Assembly (NCBI GenBank): GCA_019429305.1
Contig: JAHYIR010000002.1
Location: forward strand, 43,574 to 107,573
DNA: 64,000 bases
Direction: 5' to 3'
Source of the DNA: Candidatus Cloacimonadota bacterium
GTDB lineage: Bacteria; Cloacimonadota; Cloacimonadia; Cloacimonadales; JAJBBL01
The notes beneath the pieces were generated by a model. It saw only the letters and a list, made by a program, of their open reading frames with translations, did not search any database and was not told the DNA's origin. The first letter of the stretch is position 1; every line of letters starts with the position of its first letter. Made by a program: the position numbers and the translations under genes. Positions 20,212 through 27,694 of the stretch are shown here, in pieces.

Positions 20212-22615
20212 TTTATTTCATGAGGATCATTTTCTTGGTTGAGTTATATGATCCTGACTTCATTCTATAGAAGAAGATACCGCTACCGGCTTCTCTTCCC
20301 TGATCATTACGTCCATTCCAGACTACTGTATGATAGCCCGCTTCCATATCTCCATTTACCAGTGTTCGAACTCGTTGACCCTTGACATTGTAGATCTCGA
20401 TCGTTACATGAGAGAACTCTTTCAAGCTGAAACTAATATTAGTATCAGGATTGAATGGATTCGGATAGTTGCCTCGAAGCTCAGTAACTAACGGAACTAA
20501 GATATTATCATCATCAGTGCCGACAAAAGATATCTCTTCGGTCTCGACTGCCTCAGCTTCTCCTGATGTATATTGAGCTATTACTCCATAGACATAGGTT
20601 CCGGTCGGAACGTTAAGATCCGTGTAAGTTAACTCTTGCAGACCTTCTACTAGTACTACATCGTTACGCATTACCTTATAACCGGTAAAGGCACGATTAG
20701 GTTCAATGTCTCTTTGAATTGAGCTTGTTCGTGTTGTTTGGCTGGTTCCTTTAGATTCACTGATCAGATCGGTTGCTCGGAATGTCATATCGCCTACACT
20801 GATATCATCTACATACCAGATATACCAGAGACCATCATTAGTCGGTCCATCTACTGCCTGCCATGCCAACATGATCTCCTGTCCGGCATAACTTGCCAAA
20901 GATACACTCATTGGAGTATTGTAATAATTCCAACCTCCGGTCATAGCTGATAGGTCTTGCAGCACAGTCCAATTACTACCGCCATCTGTTGATACTTTCA
21001 CATAGTAATGGTCGGCATAGGTTGATCCTAAGTAACCTACAGTCCAGTATACAAGCTCTGCATTCGGAGGACATACAAACTCAGGGGTCTTTAACCATTC
21101 ATCCTGATGATTGTAACTCCACCAGAGACCACAATGATACTGTCCAATTGGACTATAATCTGCTGATGAGTAGTTATTCACTGTCCAGTAACCCGGGGTA
21201 GGACCACTGGCATCGGTATTGACTCCCGTTATTGCCCAACCAGCAGGTAATTGACCTGTCTCGAAACCGTTCTCCCAATATTCACCAAAGGTATGACCCG
21301 GTTCGTACCAGTTCAAGGTGATATTGTTGTTATCAAAGATATCATAAGTCAGTTCGACTACTGGCAGTAACAACTCTATCAGTTCGATATCATACATGAA
21401 CGTATCGTCTAAGATAGGCACACCAAAGGCCTCATAATGCTCGAAGCCTGCTAAATGTGCTTCTATCGTATAAGTTCCACGCCAGACATTAGGAAATACT
21501 ACTATACCACTTGCCGGTGATGACATGGTATATACATGGTTCGGATCACCATCATCATTGATTAAGGTAACTAGCGTTCCCGTAACAGGATCTCCTGAGT
21601 TGGTTGTCAAGTTAATGGTTACCAGTGAGGTCATGCTGTGTTCCAAGGTATTGGAAAACGCAGGTGCTGACAGAACATTATTGGTGTAGATCGCCTTGAT
21701 CGCATATTGGTATACACCGGCATCCAAGGTTGACCACTCTGTATCAGTATAAGTTGTATCGGTTGGTGATGTTATCGTTCCTATCTCGGACCAGAGGTTT
21801 TCATTACCCTGATCCTGAGCTAAGAAACGATATGCTAAATATCCCTCTAATGCTCTGGTCTCACGGTTAATTTGTGCTTGAGCTTCATATCCGATAGCTC
21901 GTTCTCTGCTCTTATAAACAGGACCATCTACCTTGATACCTCTGGGACTGCTACTACCGGTTGATAAACCGATCACTTCTCTACTAGGTCTGGAATCCAT
22001 TGCTCTCGTATCTCTACTTACGGCTACTTCTTCTGCTGTACGGGTTAACTCACCATAATCATAACCTATCGCCCTGAGCAGATAGCTTACAAAGAAAGAG
22101 AAATTCTCGATCGGATCCCAAACATTTCCTGTATAATCTCCAGTGAAGAACTGGGTATTAGGAACAAATGCCCAAGGGTCTCCTAATCCATCATCTGTTG
22201 CTAAACCCAAGAATCCGGCGTAACTGAGACCAACCAAGAAACCATTAGGTGCATCGATAGGATCCGGTAATTCAAATACATTCCATTGCATATCAACATT
22301 GGGAACATTCATCTGGGAGAAGAGTATATCGTTACCATTGGGCATACCTGCTGCATTCAAACCAAAGATGAACAGATTGATCGCATTGTGAGGACCACCC
22401 TCGCTGGTGGTCATCCAGGTTACTTCATGGATCTGGGCATCTCTTCTATGGACAGCTCCCAGTACGGTATTATTGGTTCCACCGGTGCTCCCTAACTGAG
22501 CTACCTGTACTCCGTCATCATATCGGAACTCAGTTAATACACCGCTACCCGGTGTGTTCCAGATCAGATCTACATTGTTCTCTGCTGTAAGTTCTGCTAT
22601 TACGTTAGATACAGG
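20212..22615. repeat. copy 2 of the 2,404-bp apparently perfect direct repeat
   Basis: See copy 1. Identity starts 1 nt 3' of the stop codon and ends at the linker EI(P/A)|FPVSNV. The sequences then diverge abruptly (gggaagggga vs aaaagcaatc). Confidence 0.9.
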
Positions 22616-25489
22616 AAAAGCAATCTCTTCCAAAACTATTGTTGGAACTACTAAATCGGTATTTCCGACAACTATTTCTCCGTTATAAGTTTGATAACCC
22701 GGATAAGCTACTGTAATTGAGTATGTATGATCAGCATAAACTCCGGGGATAGTAAAATCACCAGTAGCATCTGTTTCTACTTCATAATTATCGTAACCTT
22801 GAAGACTAACGGTAGCACCGTCAAGTCCTATACCAGGAGCATCACTGCCAACTACATCACCGGAGACAGTTACTTGTGGTAAGCTGACTAAATTAAATGT
22901 TACATCTGTGGTCTCACCTTCAATGATCGTGACAGTTTCTACTCCATCATAATAACCAAATTTTGTAGCGGTTATATCGTGAGTTCCTACCGGAACATAA
23001 CCAAAGAAGAAATGTCCCTGAGAGCTGGTGGTCTGAGTCATTGTATAACCTTCGATATGAATAACAGCCCCCTGAATAGGATCATTTGTTACACTATCAT
23101 AAACATACCCCTCTAACGATCCCATATCACTAACAGTAAATGTTAATCTGGTATTGGGAACATTGGAAATAAGTGTACCACCGGTTAAGTTATATGGATC
23201 ATATACAATACTATCTGATAGCAGATATCTTGTTCTGTTGGGATATTGAGGAGTAGCAGTATAGTAGAATTGATCAAGCGAACTATAATATTGATCATCC
23301 ATCGGTCTATGGTAAGTTATCGCAATATTTCCGGAACCATAGAAAAATGGTGTTTGTAACTGAATACTAATCTCATTCTGCCCTGAGGGGAAATTTACTA
23401 ATCCATCAAAGACAAGTGTTTGCTGGTCAACCGGAGCCCATCCACCGGAAAGATCATTTAAAGTTGTTTCTCCTATCCAAATCGCTACCGGCATATTTGG
23501 TAAGTTTGTTGAGAAAGTATTGAAGAATGTTACATGTGTGATCAGTCCGCCGACATAGATCTCATTATCATAATATATTGTCTGGCTAACACTGTTGCGA
23601 TAGTAGAAATTCCAAGGGATATAATACCCGGAGGTAGTTCCTGTACCGATCTGTACGTTAGCGGTACCTTCTGGATAAACTGTTACATTAATTGGTTGGG
23701 TATTATCGTTAACAGGATTCTCATCACCGGTTAAGACAACACGACCCCAAATATCAAAAACTCCATCTGTCGTTGGCGTCCAATTAAGATCAAAAGTAGC
23801 AGATTCATACTGATTCAACGGAGTTGTGGCAGTATATGTTGCTACTTCAACATTATCTGTTATAATTAACTTAACTTGATAGTTATCCTGCAGTTCAGTA
23901 CCCATGTTACGGACAGTTACTGAATATGTGGATGGAGTACCTACAGTAGCTCCTATCGGACCGGTAATATTGGTCGCTGCCATATCATCTTCATATATAG
24001 TACCGGGTTGAAAAGCCATCTGGATTTGTGGTTTATAATCAACGGTAGCTGTAGTAGTGGCATCTCCTTGATCAGATGAATCACTGCGGACATAACGCAT
24101 TCCAACCGGAGATGAGAAAATCCTCTGCTGACCTGAAGAACTCCAGTTAGCAACCATATCAAATGTTGTATCGATCAAGATGTTATCTACCCCGTTCCAA
24201 TCAAAGGGAGTAGTAAAGGGAAGCAGGTTCCATTCATTAACAACTGGCATATAGGAAGCATTCTGATAAACCAGTTCAAAAGGTCCGGCGTCATGAGCAC
24301 CGGCATTAGTGGCTGTAGTATGCTTGACTCTGATCCTGAAATTCGGTAATGCCAGATTCGGCAGACCGGTGACATAATAAGCGATCGATAAAAGATCATT
24401 GGCACCAAAAATCCCTGCTGCATTAAGTTCAGCAACTGTATAGACAGTTTGTGTTCTTAAACTGCGATAGAAAATATTAACTGGTGCAGCTTCAGAAGTT
24501 CCATTTGTTGTTTCTCCAGTTCCTATTGTGGCGACAAGAATTCCCGAAGGCATGACAACTACATTGAGATTTGGTGTGGTATTATTTCCCGGATTTTCAT
24601 CGTCCGGTATTACAACTTCACCATATAAATAGGTTGCACCTTCGACATCAGGTGTCCAGCTCAAAGTATACTCAGCAGTTTCACCTTGAGCTAAACTTTC
24701 TGTTCCGACCATTGTATCAAGTTCAATTCCACCCTCTTGCATCAATTTTACAGTATAGTTATTCTGTACAACCTGGCCAACATTAAGCACAGTTATTGTG
24801 TATTGAGCTGTTGTACCAACAGATGGTGAAGTCGGTCCGATAATACTCGTTGCTGCCATATCGGTTTGAATAAAAGTTCCGCCTTCAAAAACCATCCTGA
24901 TCTGAGGTTTGTAATTTTCAGTTGTTGTTGTTGCAACATCAGTTTGATCTGCTAAGTCCGAACGAACATATCGCATCCCATTAGCTGCATCATAAATTCT
25001 TTGCTGTCCGGTTGAACTATAATTATCAAGCAAGCTAAAAGCTGTGTCGATCAGAATATTATCTGTTCCGTTCCAATCGAAATCGGTTGTAAATACGAGC
25101 ATGTACCAATCTCCAGCAACAGGCATCAAAGAAGGATTGGTATAAACGGTTGTGAAGGGCCCATTATCGTGCGCAGAGGCATCGGTAGCTGTAGTATGTT
25201 TAACACGAAGAATAAAATTGGGTAATGCATACAACGGTACGTCAGTTACATAATAACCGATCTGCTGCAAGGTTGCCGGTCCGCCAAAACCGATTGCATT
25301 CAGTTCCATTGCAGTATAGACTGTTTGAGTTCTCAAACTCTTATACCAGATATTGAATGGGGCAGCTCCTGTTGTAGTATTCGTTTCCGTTCCCTCACCC
25401 AGATCAATAGTAATCGTCTGAGCACTCAGCATTACTGCCATACCGACTATTAACATAATAAATAGCGGTTTAATTAGATTTTGTTTCAT
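20213..25489 (-). CDS. giant secreted adhesin-like protein with T9SS type-A C-terminal sorting domain (paralogue of 14380-19821)
   Basis: 1758 aa with a signal peptide (LFIMLIVGMAVMLSAQ). A ~290-aa module is tandemly duplicated at the N-terminus, followed by a carboxypeptidase-regulatory-like domain. The last 800 aa are identical to the neighbour, including the CTD. Confidence 0.85.
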   Translation of the reverse strand: MKQNLIKPLFIMLIVGMAVMLSAQTITIDLGEGTETNTTTGAAPFNIWYKSLRTQTVYTAMELNAIGFGGPATLQQIGYYVTDVPLYALPNFILRVKHTTATDASAHDNGPFTTVYTNPSLMPVAGDWYMLVFTTDFDWNGTDNILIDTAFSLLDNYSSTGQQRIYDAANGMRYVRSDLADQTDVATTTTENYKPQIRMVFEGGTFIQTDMAATSIIGPTSPSVGTTAQYTITVLNVGQVVQNNYTVKLMQEGGIELDTMVGTESLAQGETAEYTLSWTPDVEGATYLYGEVVIPDDENPGNNTTPNLNVVVMPSGILVATIGTGETTNGTSEAAPVNIFYRSLRTQTVYTVAELNAAGIFGANDLLSIAYYVTGLPNLALPNFRIRVKHTTATNAGAHDAGPFELVYQNASYMPVVNEWNLLPFTTPFDWNGVDNILIDTTFDMVANWSSSGQQRIFSSPVGMRYVRSDSSDQGDATTTATVDYKPQIQMAFQPGTIYEDDMAATNITGPIGATVGTPSTYSVTVRNMGTELQDNYQVKLIITDNVEVATYTATTPLNQYESATFDLNWTPTTDGVFDIWGRVVLTGDENPVNDNTQPINVTVYPEGTANVQIGTGTTSGYYIPWNFYYRNSVSQTIYYDNEIYVGGLITHVTFFNTFSTNLPNMPVAIWIGETTLNDLSGGWAPVDQQTLVFDGLVNFPSGQNEISIQLQTPFFYGSGNIAITYHRPMDDQYYSSLDQFYYTATPQYPNRTRYLLSDSIVYDPYNLTGGTLISNVPNTRLTFTVSDMGSLEGYVYDSVTNDPIQGAVIHIEGYTMTQTTSSQGHFFFGYVPVGTHDITATKFGYYDGVETVTIIEGETTDVTFNLVSLPQVTVSGDVVGSDAPGIGLDGATVSLQGYDNYEVETDATGDFTIPGVYADHTYSITVAYPGYQTYNGEIVVGNTDLVVPTIVLEEIAFPVSNVIAELTAENNVDLIWNTPGSGVLTEFRYDDGVQVAQLGSTGGTNNTVLGAVHRRDAQIHEVTWMTTSEGGPHNAINLFIFGLNAAGMPNGNDILFSQMNVPNVDMQWNVFELPDPIDAPNGFLVGLSYAGFLGLATDDGLGDPWAFVPNTQFFTGDYTGNVWDPIENFSFFVSYLLRAIGYDYGELTRTAEEVAVSRDTRAMDSRPSREVIGLSTGSSSPRGIKVDGPVYKSRERAIGYEAQAQINRETRALEGYLAYRFLAQDQGNENLWSEIGTITSPTDTTYTDTEWSTLDAGVYQYAIKAIYTNNVLSAPAFSNTLEHSMTSLVTINLTTNSGDPVTGTLVTLINDDGDPNHVYTMSSPASGIVVFPNVWRGTYTIEAHLAGFEHYEAFGVPILDDTFMYDIELIELLLPVVELTYDIFDNNNITLNWYEPGHTFGEYWENGFETGQLPAGWAITGVNTDASGPTPGYWTVNNYSSADYSPIGQYHCGLWWSYNHQDEWLKTPEFVCPPNAELVYWTVGYLGSTYADHYYVKVSTDGGSNWTVLQDLSAMTGGWNYYNTPMSVSLASYAGQEIMLAWQAVDGPTNDGLWYIWYVDDISVGDMTFRATDLISESKGTSQTTRTSSIQRDIEPNRAFTGYKVMRNDVVLVEGLQELTYTDLNVPTGTYVYGVIAQYTSGEAEAVETEEISFVGTDDDNILVPLVTELRGNYPNPFNPDTNISFSLKEFSHVTIEIYNVKGQRVRTLVNGDMEAGYHTVVWNGRNDQGREAGSGIFFYRMKSGSYNSTKKMILMK
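23666..25411 (-). repeat. intragenic tandem duplication, two ~290-aa units (approx. residues 27-316 and 318-608)
   Basis: Unit 1: GAAPFNIWYKSLRTQTVYTAMELNA...NFILRVKHTTATDASAHDNGPF...DWNGTDNILIDTAF...GMRYVRSD...YKPQIRMVF followed by a CARDB-like part. Unit 2 has the same order: EAAPVNIFYRSLRTQTVYTVAELNA...NFRIRVKHTTATNAGAHDAGPF...DWNGVDNILIDTTF...GMRYVRSD...YKPQIQMAF. Confidence 0.8.
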
Positions 25490-25957
25490 AAATCTCTCCT
25501 TGTTTAGTTTTCACTGGTTAATTTATTTATCATATTCAAGGTCAACATCTTACAGTTAAAGCTGGAGTCACAACAAGTATCCCAACTTTTCTCTACAAAA
25601 GCAACCTTAAAAGTTTGTATTACGAAGTTCAACGTTATATCCTCTTACATAACTGTCTGAAACCAATATGTTCAAAGATTCTCTACTCCACTTACCTGTA
25701 CCAATTAAAAAATTGATACCAGGGCAGAGAACATGATTTCCTTTAAATATCTTATATTCCATTGAAAAACATGTTCAATATTAACTAATAATTCTGTCAA
25801 ACTTTTTTATCCCATTACAGCATAAAATATCAATATTCGGGCTGATAGACCCTTGCAAATCATTGTTTCATATATCCTGTGTGGATAATTAATTCGATTG
25901 ACAATAACCTATAATCTAGATAGTAAGGTATTCAAATATCATCAAAGGATTGAGCGA

Positions 25958-26401
25958 ATGAGATTGTTTACTAATAGAGCAGCCAAACATAATTATTTCT
26001 TTTTGAATGAATTTGAAGCCGGTATTGTTCTGGTTGGTACTGAGATCAAATCGATTCGGGCAGGCAAGATAAATTTCAAAGACAGCTTTGCCAGAGTAGA
26101 GAAAGGAGAAGTCTGGCTCTATAATCTCCATATCAGTCCTTATGAAAAAGGGAACATTTTTAATCACGACCCGGAGAGAAAAAGAAAATTGCTGCTTAAT
26201 AAAAGCGAGATCAGACGACTGAGTAAAAAAACAGAAGAACAGGGACTCACTCTGATACCTAAGGATATTTTCATTAATGAAAAGGGACTCTGCAAGGTGA
26301 CAATAGTTTTAGCAAAAGGTAAGAAGCAATACGATAAACGGGAAGATATCCAGAAACGTGATCTGGAAAGAGAGATCGACAGAAGAAAAAAGGTTGAATA
26401 A
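25958..26401 (+). CDS. smpB: SsrA-binding protein SmpB
   Basis: [39 protein letters not shown] and a basic tail. I prefer the ATG at 25958 (AAGGA 9 nt upstream). The tracked TTG at 25898 adds 20 non-conserved residues. Confidence 0.9.
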   Translation: MRLFTNRAAKHNYFFLNEFEAGIVLVGTEIKSIRAGKINFKDSFARVEKGEVWLYNLHISPYEKGNIFNHDPERKRKLLLNKSEIRRLSKKTEEQGLTLIPKDIFINEKGLCKVTIVLAKGKKQYDKREDIQKRDLEREIDRRKKVE

Positions 26402-26437
26402 AAAAGACGGTAACACAATGTTTACCGTCTCTTTAGT
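26402..26437. terminator. hairpin terminator between convergent smpB and tpx
   Basis: A-run, stem AGACGGTAA / TTACCGTCT (26405-26430), then a T-rich tail CTCTTTAGTT. Confidence 0.6.
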
Positions 26438-26463
26438 TATTATTACATCTTACTCAGTTCTAA

Positions 26464-26964
26464 TTATTTGAAAACAGCTAACACCTTCTCATAGTCAGGT
26501 TCATTACCTATTTCCGGTACTAATTGAGTATAGATTATTTTTCCTTCTTTATCAATGCCAATTACTGCTCTACTGAGTAAACCCTTCATTGGACCTGAAG
26601 TAATTAATAATCCATACTCTTTACCAAAATCCGGAGCTCTAAAGGCAGAAAGAGGAATGATGTTATTTAATCCCTCTGCTGCACAATGGCGCTGTAGTGC
26701 AAAAGGAAGATCATGGGAAATTCCTAATACTACAGTATCTGGTAGTTTATCAGCTGCTTCGTTAAATTTTCTTACCGACATAGCACAGACAGATGTATCA
26801 ATACTGGGGAAAATGTTGAGGATCAAGTTTTTTCCCTTGAAATCATCTATTGTAACCTCGGAGAGGTCTGATTTAACCAATCGGAAATATGGTGCCTTGG
26901 ATTCCCTATCCGGTAAGTCACCATAAAGCTGTACCGGATTCCCTTTCAAAGTTACTGTTGCCAT
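26464..26964 (-). CDS. tpx: thiol peroxidase (atypical 2-Cys peroxiredoxin Tpx)
   Basis: VTLKGNPV, FPSIDTSVCAMSVRKFNE (peroxidatic Cys) and LPFALQRHCAAEG (resolving Cys). The ATG at 26964 has a GGAGG RBS 5 nt upstream. The tracked TTG at 26976 lies inside that RBS. Confidence 0.9.
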   Translation of the reverse strand: MATVTLKGNPVQLYGDLPDRESKAPYFRLVKSDLSEVTIDDFKGKNLILNIFPSIDTSVCAMSVRKFNEAADKLPDTVVLGISHDLPFALQRHCAAEGLNNIIPLSAFRAPDFGKEYGLLITSGPMKGLLSRAVIGIDKEGKIIYTQLVPEIGNEPDYEKVLAVFK

Positions 26965-27152
26965 AACAACCTCCAAACTCTTTTTTCTTATAAAATCTAA
27001 TCAATTCTGGTACTATGGCAATTATTTTTGAGTTAAAAGACACCTGAGTTTTTGAATCGGGAGAAAAGAGTTTATTTATGATTGTTTTTGAAGGGCAATT
27101 CGTGAATTGCCCCTACAAAGAGTTCTACATGTTTATCTAATCTTGTGTTTTT

Positions 27153-27626
27153 TTACTTTGTAAATCTATATTCGTGATCGAGTAGTTTTTGTTTCAGATC
27201 ATCACCGGCAGAGAAACCGCCAAAGGAACCATCTTTCCTCAACACTCTATGGCAGGGAATAATGATCAAAAAGGGATTTTTGCCACAAGCATTCCCTACA
27301 GCTCTGACTGCCTGCTCCTTGCTTATTTTTTTTGCGATCTCACTATATGATGCGGTCTTGGCATAAGGAATCTGACTTAATGCCTGCCAGACACCTTTTT
27401 GGAAAGATGTATGTCCTTCAAAGCTAAGTTTTAAATGGAAATACTTCCTCTTACCGGAAAAATACTCTTTTAACTGGTTGATAGTCTCGGTAATGATCTC
27501 ATTTAATTCTTGTTTCTTTGGTTTCCCGGTACCAAGGAATGAGATTGAAAGTAAATCTGTTTCAGAAGAGATTATCCCTAACAAACCAATTGGAGAGTCA
27601 TAATGATATCTGTATTGTTTCTTCAT
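27153..27626 (-). CDS. ogt: methylated-DNA--protein-cysteine methyltransferase
   Basis: 157 aa. Active-site IIIPCHRVLRKDGSFGGF and the YSEIAKKI helix. Confidence 0.9.
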   Translation of the reverse strand: MKKQYRYHYDSPIGLLGIISSETDLLSISFLGTGKPKKQELNEIITETINQLKEYFSGKRKYFHLKLSFEGHTSFQKGVWQALSQIPYAKTASYSEIAKKISKEQAVRAVGNACGKNPFLIIIPCHRVLRKDGSFGGFSAGDDLKQKLLDHEYRFTK

Positions 27627-27632
27627 ACATCA

Positions 27633-27662
27633 ATGAATATGAACAGACGGCAGAGTTGAAAC
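27633..27662 (-). terminator. candidate hairpin terminator after the 946-aa gene
   Basis: Stem ACAGACGG / CCGTCTGT with a 14-nt loop. On the minus strand it is followed by TCATATTCATT, a weak U-tract. It sits only 6 nt upstream of the ogt start. Confidence 0.35.
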
Positions 27663-27694
27663 TACCGTCTGTTCTCTACTCACCCTCCCTCCGT

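Noticed and set aside
14379-22615. Diversity-generating retroelement or other targeted hypermutation as the explanation for the paired cassettes.
   Set aside because: The two copies appear identical, so there is no adenine-specific substitution pattern. No reverse transcriptase or template-repeat arrangement is present in the window. Plain gene conversion or duplication fits better.
25667-25778. The repeated octamer ATGTTCAA (25667, 25771 and 20123) in the spacers flanking the giant genes.
   Set aside because: An AT-rich 8-mer is expected several times by chance in 64 kb on two strands, and there is no consistent spacing or palindromic structure.
25898-25915. TTGACA-N6-TATAAT (25898-25915) and TTGACG-N6-TATAAT (51463-51480) as sigma-70 promoters.
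   Set aside because: The hexamers are good, but a 6-nt spacer is incompatible with -35/-10 geometry. Alternative -10 boxes at 17-19 nt are weak. TTGAC hexamers recur upstream of several genes (11984, 11997, 40556, 47130, 50064), but I could not define a consistent promoter model without computation.
25490-25957. tmRNA (ssrA) or another RNA gene in the 468-nt spacer next to smpB.
   Set aside because: The spacer is AT-rich, has no tRNA-like acceptor/T-arm ending (..GGTTCGA..CCA) and no GGGG 5' end. It is more simply a divergent promoter region.
27093-27113. The hairpin GGGCAATTC-gtg-GAATTGCCC downstream of ogt as an intrinsic terminator.
   Set aside because: The 9-bp stem is clear, but no U-tract follows it on either strand: the minus-strand RNA continues with TTCAAAAAC. 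It may be a Rho-dependent or processing site, so it was not called.
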